Counted from the stretch's first letter, positions 9,067 through 22,501 are shown. The stretch is DNA of 64,000 nucleotides from an uncultured delta proteobacterium (GCA_963755125.1 CAVWIP010000001.1:160001-224000); one strand, 5' to 3'. The notes: generated by a model not told the origin, from the letters alone. Numbers and translations: made by a program.

Positions 9067-11886
9067 GTGAGGCTAGCTGTCCTCTCTTGCACGCTCCTGG
9101 TGGCCGCCGGCTGTAGTCACAGATGGCCGAATGGCGCTCTGGGGGTGACGCAACCAGAGGCTGTAGCCGGGAGAGGAAAACCCGTGATCTTTCGTCTCGA
9201 CAACGGCCTGGAAGTGGTTCTCGAAGAAAACCACGCCGCGCCCGTAGTGGCATTTCAGGCCTGGGTCAAGATCGGGTCAGCCGATGAGCCCCCTGAACTG
9301 GCAGGCATCGCGCACGTATTCGAACACATGCTGTTCAAGGGCACCAAGCGGCGCGGCGTCGGCCAGATCGCGCGCGAGGTGGAGGGCTCTGGCGGCGAGA
9401 TCAACGCCTGGACCAGCCACGACGAAACCGTGTACCACCTCGTGCTGGCCAGTCGGTTCTTCGATGCCGGCCTCGACATCCTGGCCGACACGCTTCAGAA
9501 CGCCAGCTTCGACCCCGCCGAGTTTGATCGTGAGCGCCATGTCGTGCTCGAAGAGATCAAGCAAGGACTCGACGACCCGGAACGCCAGGCGGGGCAGGGC
9601 CTGTTTCGCGCGGCGTTCGACCAACACCCCTATGGGCGCCCCATCATCGGGACCGAGGCCACCGTGGGCCGCTTGCGCCGCGAAGATCTGGTGGCCTTCT
9701 TTTCCAAGTGCTACGTGGCCAGCAACCTGACGCTGGTCGTGGTTGGCGACTTCGACTCGGACAGTGCGCGCCACAAGATCACGCAGGCATTCTCTGCTCT
9801 TCCCGCGGGAGTCCCGGTTGCGGCCCGGCCCCGGCAAGCCGAGCAGTCCCAGCTGCGTGTGGTCGCGGCTGCGCGTGACGTGAAGGAAACCCAGCTCCTC
9901 CTGGGTTTTCACACCCCATCCATCAACCACGCCGACGTGCCCGCGCTCGACCTTCTGGCAGTGGCGCTCGGCCAGGGCGACAGCTCGCGGCTCAATCTTG
10001 AAGTCGTGCGCAACCGCCAACTCGTGACCAACACCTCGGCCTATCTGTTTTCCGCGCGCGATCCCGGACTCATGGTAGTGGCCGCCAGCCTTCCCCCGGG
10101 GCGTGTCGACGAGGCTGTTCGCGCCATGCTCGACGAGATTCTGCGCTTGTCGCACGAGGAAATGGCGCAGGGGGAGTTGGCCAAGGCGCGCACCATCTTG
10201 GAGAGTGATCGTGTTTACGACAAGGAGACGGTCCAGGGCCATGCGCGCAAGCTGGGCTTCTTCGCGGCCATCGCTGGCGACGTAAACTTCGAGGATCGCT
10301 ATCTTGCCAGCCTGCAGAAGCTGAGCCCGGCTGATCTGAGACGTGTCGCTGCCCAGTACCTGCGGGTGTCGAACCTGACGGTCTTCGCCCAGGTGCCAGA
10401 GCCAAAGACTGACAAGCAGAAGGCTAGGACGGAGAAGATCGCGGCCACTATCAAGAAGCTGGCCGAGTTGGCCGAGACCAGAGCCGACGCGCGCTTTGCC
10501 CGCGTGACCGCCGCTGGCGAGGGCGATCGCGTCGTCATGCACGTTTTTTCCTCCGGGCTCAAGCTCTTGGTTCTGCGTGACGCCTCGGTGCCCATCGTTG
10601 CCGTGCGCGCGACCTGGGTCGGTGGACTCCGCTACGAGGACGAACGATCCAACGGCATCTCCCACATGCTGGCCAGTCTGTTCTCGCGCGGCACCAAGAC
10701 CCGCAGCGCAGAGCAAATCATGAATGACGTCGAGGGCATGGCAGGCAGCATCTCGGGCTATTCGGGCCGCAACAGTCTGGGGCTGCAGGCCGAGTTCCTG
10801 TCGCGCTATCTCGATCGCGGCTTTGACTTGGTGGCGGACTGCCTGCTCAACGCCACTTTTTCCGACGAGGAGTTGGACAAGGAGAGGCGCATCGTCATCG
10901 ACGACATTCGGGCGCAGGAAGATAACCTGGGTCAGGTGACATTCCGCCTTTTCCATTCGGGCCTCTGGAAGCAGCACCCCTATCGCCTCGACCCTCTGGG
11001 CACGGCTGATTCCGTCGCCGGGTTCACCCGACGCAAGCTGCTGCAGTACTTCCACCGCTTCTACGCTATCAAGAATCTCACGCTTGCGGTGGTGGGGGAC
11101 GTGGATCCCAGCCGTGTGATTGCCAAGGTGGGGACGCTTTTTGCCGGCGCATCGGACGCCGGCGCCCAACTGCCTGAGATTGCAACCGAGGCGCCTCCAG
11201 AAGTGCCGAACCAGGTTTTCAAGTTCATGGCCAAGGAGCAGGCGCATGTGGTGCTCGGCTTCCCAGGCGTGACCTTCGCTAATCCTGACCGCTTTTCCTT
11301 GGAGGTGCTGGCGCATGTTCTGTCCGGGCAGGGGGGACGCTTGTTCAGTGAGATTCGCGAGAAGCGAGCCCTGGCCTATCGGGTGAGCGCCTTTTCCCTT
11401 GAAGGAATGGACCCAGGGTATTTCGCCGTCTACGTGGCGACCAGCCCAGAGAAAGTGGAAGAAGCCATTCACAGTATTCGGGAGGAGCTGAAGGCCGTGG
11501 TTGAGAACGGCATCTCCGCGGACGAATTGCAACGAGCGCAGCGCTATCTCATCGGAACCCACGCGATCGGGTTGCAGCGCAAGAGCGCGATCGCGGCCGC
11601 GCTGGCGTTCTATGAAGCCTATGGTCAGGGCTGGCAATCGTATCGCCTTTACGGCGACAACATCATGAAGGTCAAGGTCGCCGACGTGGCACGGGTGGCG
11701 CGCAAGTACCTCGACCCCAAGCGCGAGGTGACGGCCGTGGTCCAGCCGCCTGTGCAGACGCCCGGTGCGGCGCGGGCGGCGGCGCGTTCTGGCGGGAGCG
11801 TGGCCGGATCCCGCGGCCGATCGGGCGAGGCTGTTCCCACTCGGCAGCTACGATACGATCCGGACGCACGACCGATTTCCAGGTAG
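9067..11886 (+). CDS. M16 family zinc protease (pitrilysin/PqqL-like, two-lobed)
   Basis: HVFEH inverted zinc motif, NAWTS, degenerate second half; possible lipobox LVAAGC. Confidence 0.9.
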   Translation: MRLAVLSCTLLVAAGCSHRWPNGALGVTQPEAVAGRGKPVIFRLDNGLEVVLEENHAAPVVAFQAWVKIGSADEPPELAGIAHVFEHMLFKGTKRRGVGQIAREVEGSGGEINAWTSHDETVYHLVLASRFFDAGLDILADTLQNASFDPAEFDRERHVVLEEIKQGLDDPERQAGQGLFRAAFDQHPYGRPIIGTEATVGRLRREDLVAFFSKCYVASNLTLVVVGDFDSDSARHKITQAFSALPAGVPVAARPRQAEQSQLRVVAAARDVKETQLLLGFHTPSINHADVPALDLLAVALGQGDSSRLNLEVVRNRQLVTNTSAYLFSARDPGLMVVAASLPPGRVDEAVRAMLDEILRLSHEEMAQGELAKARTILESDRVYDKETVQGHARKLGFFAAIAGDVNFEDRYLASLQKLSPADLRRVAAQYLRVSNLTVFAQVPEPKTDKQKARTEKIAATIKKLAELAETRADARFARVTAAGEGDRVVMHVFSSGLKLLVLRDASVPIVAVRATWVGGLRYEDERSNGISHMLASLFSRGTKTRSAEQIMNDVEGMAGSISGYSGRNSLGLQAEFLSRYLDRGFDLVADCLLNATFSDEELDKERRIVIDDIRAQEDNLGQVTFRLFHSGLWKQHPYRLDPLGTADSVAGFTRRKLLQYFHRFYAIKNLTLAVVGDVDPSRVIAKVGTLFAGASDAGAQLPEIATEAPPEVPNQVFKFMAKEQAHVVLGFPGVTFANPDRFSLEVLAHVLSGQGGRLFSEIREKRALAYRVSAFSLEGMDPGYFAVYVATSPEKVEEAIHSIREELKAVVENGISADELQRAQRYLIGTHAIGLQRKSAIAAALAFYEAYGQGWQSYRLYGDNIMKVKVADVARVARKYLDPKREVTAVVQPPVQTPGAARAAARSGGSVAGSRGRSGEAVPTRQLRYDPDARPISR

Positions 11887-11891
11887 GCCCC

Positions 11892-12599
11892 ATGCCAGCG
11901 GCAGCGGACAACCCCAGGAATTTGCTGACGAGCCTCATCCTCGTCTTCCCGTTGTTTCTCATCTATCAGGTGGGGATCCTGTTTACGCTTCCCGTGCTGA
12001 ACGGAGTGGACTTCGTCACAACGCTCCTTTTCCGTACCTTCGGGCTGACCCTGACGGGCTATCTCGGCTTTCTGGGAGGCGTTCTGGTTCTGTTTCTGGT
12101 AACCGTGATGGCGCTTGGTCGGCGCCAGCGTTTCAACGGCGCGGTGGTAATACCAGTGATACTCGAAAGCGTGGTCTGGGCACTCACCATGGGATCCTTG
12201 ATCGTCTTTGTCATGACCAGGATGCTTGGTATATCGCCCCGACTTGCGGGCGGGATCGAAGGGCAGGGACTGCTGACCCGCTTCGTGATGTCGCTGGGTG
12301 CGGGCGTGTACGAAGAAAGTGTGTTTCGCCTGGGTTTGCTCAGCGGACTGGCTCTTGTGCTAGAGAAGGTCGTGCGCGTCGCCCGGTGGGCTGCGCTGCT
12401 CGGGGCTCTGGTACTCTCGTCGGCGTTGTTCTCCGCGATGCACCATCTGCCGCCCTACGGTGACCCTCTTGCGATCAGCCCTTTCGTATTCAGAGTTCTG
12501 GCCGGGATCTTCTTCGGGCTGCTCTTCTGGCGGCGCGGGTTTGCGGTAGCCGTCTACACCCACGCCTTCTACGACATCTTCGTGCTCGTCATCAAGTAG
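11892..12599 (+). CDS. CPBP (CAAX/Abi) family intramembrane glutamic endopeptidase
   Basis: Multiple TM segments; EESVFR, FSAMHH and HAFYD motifs. Confidence 0.85.
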   Translation: MPAAADNPRNLLTSLILVFPLFLIYQVGILFTLPVLNGVDFVTTLLFRTFGLTLTGYLGFLGGVLVLFLVTVMALGRRQRFNGAVVIPVILESVVWALTMGSLIVFVMTRMLGISPRLAGGIEGQGLLTRFVMSLGAGVYEESVFRLGLLSGLALVLEKVVRVARWAALLGALVLSSALFSAMHHLPPYGDPLAISPFVFRVLAGIFFGLLFWRRGFAVAVYTHAFYDIFVLVIK

Positions 12600-12626
12600 C
12601 GGCGAAAGCACCGGCCGGCCCGGTTG

Positions 12627-13436
12627 CTATCTGCGCTTCTTGGCAGCCGGCTTCTTGGCAGCCGGCTTCTTGGCGGCCGGCTTCTTGGCGGCCGGCTTCT
12701 TGGCAGCCGGCTTCTTGGCAGCCGGCTTCTTGGCGGCCGGCTTCTTGGCGGCCGGCTTCTTGGCGGCCGGCTTCTTGGCAGCCGGCTTCTTGGCGGCCGG
12801 CTTCTTGGCGGAAAGTTTCTGAGCGGGCACCGAAGCGCCTGCTTTTCGCGAAACCTCCGCTGGAGTCTCCCGCGCGGGTTGTGAGGGTTTGGCCTGCGCC
12901 GGGAGCTTCTTTTCCTTGGACTTGGTCCCGGCCGCTGGCTTGTTGGGAAGAGCGCTCGACGGAAGCCCATCATCCTCGGCCGCCAACGGCGATCCAGGGA
13001 TGTCCTTTCGATTGTGGACCAAGATGCGGCGCGCGTCTGCGAACGTGATCTCCACCTTGCTCTCCGAAACAATCTCGGAGACAAAGCCCTTGCCGAACTT
13101 CGGATGGAAGACGATCTGATTCTCACGATAGCAGTCCCGGAACTCGTACGGCTTGGCCTCTTTCTCACCGTGCTTCGCGAAGAACTCCTCCCACGTGAAC
13201 TTTTTCATCATCGCGCGCTTACGCGCTGCGACTGGCTCTGGGACGTCGTCTTCTGCCTCGCCGCGCGGTTTTCTAAACGAATGCACGTCTCCGCAAGGAT
13301 TGCATTGAACGCGGCGAATCTCGTCTTCGTACTTGGAGATTACGACGTGAGTCGTGTCAGCCTTGCATTTTGGGCAAAAGGCTTCTACATCCGATCCGAC
13401 TTCGTCGACCTCATCTTCGAACATGAAGTCCATCAT
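12627..13436 (-). CDS. Zinc-ribbon protein with histone H1-like (KKPAA)n basic tail
   Basis: CPKC...CNPC near the N-terminus, HPKFGKG motif, 11 KKPAA repeats at the C-terminus. Confidence 0.7.
   Translation of the reverse strand: MMDFMFEDEVDEVGSDVEAFCPKCKADTTHVVISKYEDEIRRVQCNPCGDVHSFRKPRGEAEDDVPEPVAARKRAMMKKFTWEEFFAKHGEKEAKPYEFRDCYRENQIVFHPKFGKGFVSEIVSESKVEITFADARRILVHNRKDIPGSPLAAEDDGLPSSALPNKPAAGTKSKEKKLPAQAKPSQPARETPAEVSRKAGASVPAQKLSAKKPAAKKPAAKKPAAKKPAAKKPAAKKPAAKKPAAKKPAAKKPAAKKPAAKKPAAKKRR
12636..12810. repeat. 15-bp tandem repeat (CTTCTTGGCRGCCGG), about 11.7 copies, encoding KKPAA
   Basis: CTTCTTGGC recurs every 15 bp from 12636 to 12801. Confidence 0.95.
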
Positions 13437-13694
13437 CAAAACCCTGAATTCACGACAACTTCGGCTAGTAACACAGCTGACTGCTACGTGCAACAAATCA
13501 CGGGGCGTAACACTGGAAAAACATGGATTTTCTTCCTCTTGCCGCGAGGGCGCATCAAGTATTTGTAAATCATTTCAATTTGTTGCGAGATGAACCATCG
13601 ATGAAACATCAAGTAGAAGAAAACACCAGAGGGGAGCGCGGACGGGCGTGGAAACTCCTTGGGGCGTTGTTGTAGAAGCTGGTCTAGGCTGCAG

Positions 13695-14534
13695 ATGCGC
13701 TATTTCGACGCCAGAGTGATTGAGAACCGCTCGCTTGGAGGTGGTTACTTCGTTCTTCGCCTTGGGGGCTGTGAACCTCTCGCAGGCAGCAGGCCTGGTC
13801 AGTTCGTGATGCTTCGCGGCGATTGGGGACGCGACCCTCTCTTGCCGAGGCCGCTGTCGCTCTTGTCAGTGGCTCACGAGGGGCGAGCAGACCTTCTGGC
13901 GAAAGTGGTCGGCAGGGGCACTGCGTTGATGGAGCGGTCGCCCCCGGGAGCAAGAGTTTCGGTCCTCGGTCCCCTCGGCAACAGCTTTCCTGTGCCTTCG
14001 GCCAACATGACCGACTTGCTTGTGGCTGGCGGTGTCGGCTTGCCGCCACTCTTCATGCAAGCCGAGTCAGCTGCCCGCCTTGGCATGGCTGACGGTTCTG
14101 AGATGCTCTATGGCGGCCGGACTTCACGCGATCTGGTGCTCTTGGGCGAGATGCGCAGCCTGGGAATTGCCATGCATCTGGTCACCGAAGACGGCTCCCT
14201 CGGCCGTCGGGGCCGCGTGACGGATGAATTGGAAGCTCGGATCGAGCGCTGGCGCGCAGCGGATTCAGATCGGCGTTTGCGCATCATGTCCTGCGGTCCG
14301 CGCGAGATGCTTTGGGCCGTGGGGCGCATCGCACAGAATTGCGACATCGAGTGCTATCTATCGCTGGAGGAACAGATGGCCTGTGGTATCGGCGTCTGCC
14401 TGGGCTGCGCCGTGGCGGCACGGACGCGCCAGTACCGCTATGTTTGCAAGGAGGGTCCAGTCTTTCCCGCTGCCGAGGTGATGTCCCACGCGCCGGCCGC
14501 ATCGACCAGCGGAATGGAAGCGGGCGCCCCATGA
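13695..14534 (+). CDS. pyrK: Dihydroorotate dehydrogenase electron transfer subunit
   Basis: PGQFVML, RPLS, AGGVGLPP and MACGIGVCLGC...C 2Fe-2S motif; directly upstream of pyrD. Confidence 0.9.
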   Translation: MRYFDARVIENRSLGGGYFVLRLGGCEPLAGSRPGQFVMLRGDWGRDPLLPRPLSLLSVAHEGRADLLAKVVGRGTALMERSPPGARVSVLGPLGNSFPVPSANMTDLLVAGGVGLPPLFMQAESAARLGMADGSEMLYGGRTSRDLVLLGEMRSLGIAMHLVTEDGSLGRRGRVTDELEARIERWRAADSDRRLRIMSCGPREMLWAVGRIAQNCDIECYLSLEEQMACGIGVCLGCAVAARTRQYRYVCKEGPVFPAAEVMSHAPAASTSGMEAGAP

Positions 14535-15484
14535 CGTCCAGTTTGGACACTCGGGAAGAAAGAACGCCAACCCTGCGCACGAGCTGCGGCGGAATCGAGT
14601 TTCGCAACCCGGTGCTCACCGCCTCTGGCACCTTTGGTTATGGCCAGGAGTTTGACACGCTACTCTCCCTGCCCAGATTGGGCGGGCTGGTCACCAAGGG
14701 GATTTCGCCCAAGCCCCGCTTTGGCAACCCGCCCCCGCGCATCTGCGAGACGGCCGCCGGCATGCTGAACTCGATCGGATTGGAGAACGTCGGCGTCGAG
14801 GCGTTTGCTCTAGAGAAACTCCCGTTCCTGCGTTCCTGCGGAACCCGCGTCTTGGTCAACTTCTTCGGCACTACCTTCGACGAGTATGTCGACTGTGGCG
14901 CTCGACTGGCCGCGCTTGACGGGGTTGACGGCCTGGAGATGAACGTATCATGCCCAAACATCAAGGCGGGAGGCATCGAGTTTGGTCGCGATCCATCGGT
15001 CCTTGGTGATCTGGTGAGGGCTTGCCGGGCCGTGATACGCAAGCCCTTCTGGGTGAAGTTGACCCCCAATACCTCGGATATCGTGGCCTTGGCACGCGCG
15101 TGCGCCGACAACGGGGCGGACGCGGTTTCCATCATCAATACCATCACGGCAATGGCCATCGACGCGCGCACTCGCCGGCCGAAGATCGGGACGGTTTTCG
15201 GGGGGTTGTCCGGCCCGGCCATCAAGCCGGTTGCCCTGCGCATGGTCTATGAGGTGCATCGGGCGAGGATTCCCATACCCATCTGCGGGATAGGCGGCAT
15301 CCAGGACGGTACCGACGCCATTGAGTTCTTGCTCGCGGGAGCCAGCTGCGTGCAGGTCGGCACGCAGAGCTTCGTTGACCCTGCCTCGGCAGAACGGATC
15401 GTCCGCGAGATCGAATGCTACTGCCATGCTCAGGGCGTGAATGACGTGCGCGAACTCATCGGCGGCTTGGCGATTGGTCACTAG
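14531..15484 (+). CDS. pyrD: Dihydroorotate dehydrogenase (class 1B) catalytic subunit
   Basis: NPVLTASGTFG, MLNSIGLEN, NVSCPN, VKLTPN and GGLSGPAIKP motifs; ATG overlaps the pyrK stop. Confidence 0.95.
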   Translation: MTSSLDTREERTPTLRTSCGGIEFRNPVLTASGTFGYGQEFDTLLSLPRLGGLVTKGISPKPRFGNPPPRICETAAGMLNSIGLENVGVEAFALEKLPFLRSCGTRVLVNFFGTTFDEYVDCGARLAALDGVDGLEMNVSCPNIKAGGIEFGRDPSVLGDLVRACRAVIRKPFWVKLTPNTSDIVALARACADNGADAVSIINTITAMAIDARTRRPKIGTVFGGLSGPAIKPVALRMVYEVHRARIPIPICGIGGIQDGTDAIEFLLAGASCVQVGTQSFVDPASAERIVREIECYCHAQGVNDVRELIGGLAIGH

Positions 15485-15694
15485 CCGCCGGCCGACCCAT
15501 GGGAAAAGGTCACGATGAAAATGTCGCGTCGCGCTGGCAGATCTTCTATGGGGTTCTGCGCGCGGACACAGGGTTACGCCAAATTTGCCAACAGGAAATA
15601 CGCCGGAAACCTAGGATGGCTAATCTTCTTTCGGCGTCATTCACGAAGAAGATTGAAGCCAAGGCCAAGGCCCTCTAGTCTCTGCGCCCGGTGA

Positions 15695-16036
<342 letters not shown>

Positions 16037-16100
16037 TCAGAGGGATTGAGTGGTTCGCCGAACAAATATGCGCATCGAACGCGCAGGAGGAGCGTAGCAA

Positions 16101-17513
16101 ATGTCACCAGCCGAGGTTTTGAAACTGATCAAGGAACGCGGACTCAAGCTTGTCGACTACAAATTCGTCGATCTCTTGGGCCAGTGGCAGCACACCACCA
16201 TGCCGATCCACCGGATCACCGAAGACTGTTTCACCGAGGGATTTGGCTTCGATGGCAGCTCCATCCGCGGCTGGAAGGCCATCCACGAGTCCGACATGAT
16301 CTTTGTTCCCGACGCCAGCACCGCGTGCGTCGACCCATTCTTCAAGGAGCCGACCCTCTCGCTGATCTGTGACATCGTCGACGCCGTTACCCACCAGCCT
16401 TACAGCCGTGATCCGCGCTATGTTGCCAAGAAAGCCGAGGCTCACATCAAGCAGATCGGCCTGGGTGATTCCGTGTACCTGGGACCGGAGCCGGAGTTCT
16501 TCATCTTCGACGAGGTCCGTTTCGGCGAAGGGCCGAACCACTCCTTTTACAAGGTCGATTCGGTCGAGGGTCGCTGGAACAGCGCGAACGATGAAGAGGG
16601 CGGAAACCTCGGCTACAAGCCTGACTACAAACGCGGCTACTTCCCGGTGTCACCCAACGACACCCAGTACGACATTCGCGCTGAGATGGCGCTGACCCTG
16701 CAAGGGGTCGGGATCCCCATCGAGGTCTTCCATCACGAGGTGGCGACGGCCGGTCAGGCGGAACTGTCCATGCTCTTCGACAAGCTCACCATCATGGCCG
16801 ACCGAACCATGTGGTACAAGCACGTGGTCAAGAACGTCGCGCGTCGTAATGGCAAGACCGCGACCTTCATGCCCAAGCCGCTCTTCGGGGACAACGGCTC
16901 GGGGATGCACTGTCACCAGTCCATCTGGAAGGGTGAGAAGAACGTCTTTGCTGGCGACAAGTACGCCGGTTTGTCCGAGACGGCGCTCTATTACATCGGC
17001 GGTCTCATCAAGCACGCGCCGGCCCTTCTGGCCATTACGAACCCAGGGCTCAACAGCTATCGCCGCCTGGTGCCCGGTTTCGAAGCGCCCGTGAACCTGG
17101 CCTACTCGTCGCGTAACCGCTCGGCCGCCATTCGTGTGCCCGTGGCTGCCTCGGCCAAAGCCAAGCGCATTGAGTTCCGCTGCCCAGACCCCACGACCAA
17201 TCCGTACCTGGCTTTTGCCGCTATGCTGATGGCTGGTGTCGACGGCGTCGAGAACAAAATCAAGCCCGGCGACCCACTGGACAAGGACATCTACGCCCTA
17301 TCGCCCGAGGAAATGAAAGACGTTCCCAAGGCGCCCGGCTCGCTCGAACAGGCCATTGAAGCCCTCAAGAAGGATCACGCCTTCTTGCTCAAGGGCGACG
17401 TTTTCACCAAGGACGTCATCGACACGTGGATCGATTGGAAAGAGGAGAACGAGATCAAGCCATCGCGCCTACGCCCGACCCAGCTTGAGTTCGCACTGTA
17501 CTTCGACGCGTAG
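16101..17513 (+). CDS. glnA: Type I glutamine synthetase
   Basis: [30 protein letters not shown] and RIEFRCPD motifs; RBS AGGAGG. Confidence 0.97.
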   Translation: MSPAEVLKLIKERGLKLVDYKFVDLLGQWQHTTMPIHRITEDCFTEGFGFDGSSIRGWKAIHESDMIFVPDASTACVDPFFKEPTLSLICDIVDAVTHQPYSRDPRYVAKKAEAHIKQIGLGDSVYLGPEPEFFIFDEVRFGEGPNHSFYKVDSVEGRWNSANDEEGGNLGYKPDYKRGYFPVSPNDTQYDIRAEMALTLQGVGIPIEVFHHEVATAGQAELSMLFDKLTIMADRTMWYKHVVKNVARRNGKTATFMPKPLFGDNGSGMHCHQSIWKGEKNVFAGDKYAGLSETALYYIGGLIKHAPALLAITNPGLNSYRRLVPGFEAPVNLAYSSRNRSAAIRVPVAASAKAKRIEFRCPDPTTNPYLAFAAMLMAGVDGVENKIKPGDPLDKDIYALSPEEMKDVPKAPGSLEQAIEALKKDHAFLLKGDVFTKDVIDTWIDWKEENEIKPSRLRPTQLEFALYFDA

Positions 17514-17716
17514 CGCACGCGCGGGTAGGCCGCTCACGAAGGCGCTGTCGCAGCCGCGCACGGCAAGAATGCCTGTTTGCGCATGCGTCAGCGCCTTCTT
17601 GCATTTTTGAACCAGCCTTTGTCGGCAGAGATGCATCGAAAGCGGTTGCACAGAACGCAAGACCTAGCCTAGAGTTTTCCATCTAGGCTTACTTTCTTGC
17701 GGTTGGTTGAACCGGA

Positions 17717-18610
17717 ATGTCCACTCTGTCTCTCGGTGAGCGTGTCGTCCGGTCCGCTTGGCGGCTTGCGCCGCAGAGAACTCTATCCGGTTTCGTCGGA
17801 TGGGGAGCCAGGCGCACCTTGCCTGGGCCGGTTCGCTCTTTGGTGCTCAAGTCATTTGCCCGGAAGTACGACATCGATCTGGCTGAGGCCGAATGGCCGC
17901 TTGACCGGTACACGAGCCTGCAAGAGTTCTTCACGCGTAGGTTGCGCCCCGGAGCACGCTCGGTTGCATCGAGGGCCGACGCAGTCGTGGCGCCTTCCGA
18001 TGGCGTGGTGTGCGACGCCGGCGTGGTTTCGCAGGGCAAGTTGCTGGAGGCGAAGGGCTCAGTCTTCACCTTGTCCGATCTGCTCGCCGATGGCGAATTG
18101 GCGGCTCGACTGGACGGGGGGCCGTATCTGGTGACCTACCTTTCGCCGCGCGACTACCACCGTGTCCACGCGCCCGTGAGCGGCAAGATCACGCGGTGGA
18201 CGCACATTCCCGGGCGACTGTTCCCGGTGGGAAGACGGAGCGTTGCGCGAGAGACGGGGTTGTTCGCGCGCAACGAACGCTTCATCACTGTCATAAACGG
18301 CACGGCCGGCGTCTCCGTCGTGGTGATGGTCGCTGCTGTTGGCGTAGGGCACATTACGGCCAGCTACGATCTCGATGTGGCCACCCATGGTCCGGGGTTC
18401 GCGGCAGGCGGTGTGCGCAGCAAGAGCTTTCGCGATCCGAGAAGCATCGGGCGCGGGGATGAACTTGGGGTTTTCAACCTCGGCTCCACCACCATTGCCG
18501 TGTTCGAGCCGGGGCATGTGGTTCTCGAAAAGCTGGCGGAAGGGAGCGCAATACGCATGGGATCGGCGGTAGGAATGCTTGTCCCTTCGTCATCCGGTGT
18601 GTCGTCATGA
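17717..18610 (+). CDS. psd: Phosphatidylserine decarboxylase proenzyme
   Basis: FFTRRLRPGAR, YLSPRDYHRVHAP, LFARNER and FNLGST self-cleavage motif. Confidence 0.9.
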   Translation: MSTLSLGERVVRSAWRLAPQRTLSGFVGWGARRTLPGPVRSLVLKSFARKYDIDLAEAEWPLDRYTSLQEFFTRRLRPGARSVASRADAVVAPSDGVVCDAGVVSQGKLLEAKGSVFTLSDLLADGELAARLDGGPYLVTYLSPRDYHRVHAPVSGKITRWTHIPGRLFPVGRRSVARETGLFARNERFITVINGTAGVSVVVMVAAVGVGHITASYDLDVATHGPGFAAGGVRSKSFRDPRSIGRGDELGVFNLGSTTIAVFEPGHVVLEKLAEGSAIRMGSAVGMLVPSSSGVSS

Positions 18611-20579
18611 ACAAGAATGATTCTGCTGCTGGTCCGCCTTCCCCTGTACCGCCCGAGACCGTCGCGATTCCTGGGACGGCCAATAGTCGCCCGCCGGCGG
18701 AGAATCAGGAGGGCCACGATCCGACGCTCAAGTGGTGCATTCCGGATCTGCACGGCCATCGCGCGCTGGCTTTGCCGCTGGCGAGCCAGCCACTAGTGAG
18801 TGAGCCCGGCTCCGACCAGCCTAGCGCGGGAACGCCCGTTGCATCGAGTTCGCCCGAAACTCCCGCCGAGAGCGCGATCAAGGGAGCGCTGCCAGAGGCC
18901 ATCCAAGAATCCGCACGCGACACTTCTTCGCCACGAGGCGAGAGCTTCGAGATCATTGTTGCCGATGGCCCGCCGGAAGATGGTGAGGACGAGCCACCTG
19001 GCGCGACGGACGAGATGGCAAGCGTGACTCCGCCGCCCCTGCCAGAGATGCGGACCGTGGTTCCGCCACCTCCACGGGAAGCGGAGGCCGTGACTCCGCC
19101 ACCCATACGAGAAGTGGAGGTCGTGACTCCGCCACCTCGACCAGAAGCGCGGACGGTAACTGTGCTGCCGAAACGAGAGGCGGAGGTCGTGACTCCACCG
19201 CCGAAACGAGAAGTGGAGGTCGTGACTCCACCACCTCGACCAGAAGCGCGGACGGTAACTGTGCTGCCGAAACGAGAGGCGGAGGTCGTGACTCCACCGC
19301 CGAAACGAGAAGTGGAGGTCGTGACTCCACCACCTCGACCAGAAGCGCGGACGGTAACTGTGCTGCCGAAACGAGAGGCGGAGGTCGTGACTCCGCCGCC
19401 CAGGCGAGAATCAGTCGCCCCCACTCCGCTGGCCGAGCAAGCCCCGGCGACATCACCCCGCTTGGTGGCGGAAACCGGGGTGATGACAGGGCAGGGCGGA
19501 GACGCCTCTCGTCCAGCTTCGCAGGCAACTCTCAGGACCGGCGCTCTGCCAGAGGCCCCGATAAGGATGGCCGAGACCGCCGAGGTTGTTGAGGGCGAAT
19601 TCGAGGTCATGGAGCCTGCCGATACGCCATCGACCCCAGCAGCATCGACGGCCCCAACACCGCCGCCGGTACCCGGCATTGCCGGGGCGCTGGCGGTACC
19701 GTCGCAGCCGCGGGGGCGAGAATCTCCCTCGGAGGCAGGCGGATCCGTCGGGCGTGAAACCGCCCCACCATTGTGCGTGAGGCGCCACTCCTTCCCGAAG
19801 CCCTGTCCCGCCGGCCCCTCAAGAAGAGGCTCAAGCCGTGGTTCGAGGAGGTCTTCGACGAGGACTATCTGCGCACCCTGCCTTTCATGACCGCCCAGCA
19901 GACGCTGCGGGAGACGGCCTTCATGAAGGAGGCGCTGTCTCCGCCAGTTGCGGGCGAAGTGCTGGACATTGCGTGCGGCTACGGCCGACATGCAATCGAG
20001 TTCGGCCAGCGTGGATTCCGGGTGACGGGGCTCGATCTGTCTTTGCCACTTCTCATCCGTGCCGCCGACGAAGCCCAGCGTCGGGCACTGTCGGTCAATT
20101 TTGTGCATGCAGATATGCGCGAAATGACCTACTACGGCCAGTTCGATGCCGCCTACTGCGTTCTCACATCGTTCGGCTACTTCGACGAGGAAACCAACCT
20201 GCACGTCGCCTCGTCGATCTGTCGCGCGCTGAAACCTGGAGGGCGGTTCCTGGTTGACACCATCAACCGGGACTACATCGTGTCCGATCTGCCCAGCCGG
20301 GTCTGGTGGGAAGGCGACGGCTGCGTGGTGCTAGAGGAGGTGGATTTCGACTTCCATACGAGCAGGGTCTTGATTCGCCGTTCAATCGTCTTCGGGGATG
20401 GACGCCAGGTCGAGAACGAGATTTCGATTCGTGCCTACAGCCTTCACGAGATGGGCAGGGTCTTGCGTCGAGCCGGGTTCCAAGTACTTGAAGTCTCTGG
20501 AAGTCTGGCAAACAAGGAGCCGTTTCTTGGAGCCGCGTCGCGTCATGTCGTCCTGGTTTGTGAGCGTCAGTTGACGTAA
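18607..20579 (+). CDS. Class I SAM-dependent methyltransferase with Pro-rich N-terminal region, split by an apparent frameshift near 19763-19766
   Basis: ORF 18607-19890 (Pro-rich) overlaps ORF 19773-20579 (VLDIACGYGRH, GLDLS, ADMR); adding one C to the C4 run gives the continuous ...ETAPTIVREAPLLPE... Confidence 0.65.
19108..19404. repeat. 99-bp tandem repeat x3 (33 aa made of 11-aa subunits)
   Basis: REVEVVTPPPRPEARTVTVLPKREAEVVTPPP(K/R) three times, near-identical DNA. Confidence 0.9.
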
Positions 20580-20875
20580 ATCGGATAACTCAGGGAGTTA
20601 TTTGCGGATTTCCGTGCCGCGACTGCACGATCCGGCGGCTTCGCGACACTAACGTCTTGGAAACAGGGGCGTCAGTTCGGAACGCGCAGGGTGGCTCCGA
20701 CTTGCCACCGGCGTTGCGCTAGCCCTGTCGCATTTGACGCCTCTGAAACCAACGACGGGAGTCAAACATCAAAGTGTACGAGAGAGAATAAGCGCTGCCA
20801 GGAATATTCTGGCGCCCCGGACCGTATACGTGTAGTAGGGGAGGCCTAAAGTCGTCTATCCAAAGAGAAGAAGCA

Positions 20876-22438
<1,563 letters not shown>

Positions 22439-22501
22439 TTTGATCCCGGTGGATGTGTCTGCCGGGACACAACTTAGGGCCGAGTCGGACGATGATCCGA
22501 C

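Noticed and set aside
9277..11637. Long antisense or alternative-frame ORFs (also 18705-20204, 36406-37839, 50249-51994, 56043-57668)
   Set aside because: Shadow ORFs expected from high-GC codon bias over well-supported genes.
12636..12810. Tandem repeat as a CRISPR array
   Set aside because: No spacers; it is an in-frame coding repeat, and no cas genes are present.
15530..15560. Sigma54 promoter upstream of glnB
   Set aside because: TGGCA is present but there is no GC at the -12 position with correct spacing.
17538..17608. Inverted repeat after glnA as a terminator
   Set aside because: The 10-bp stem has a 41-nt loop and an interrupted T-tract; too weak to call.
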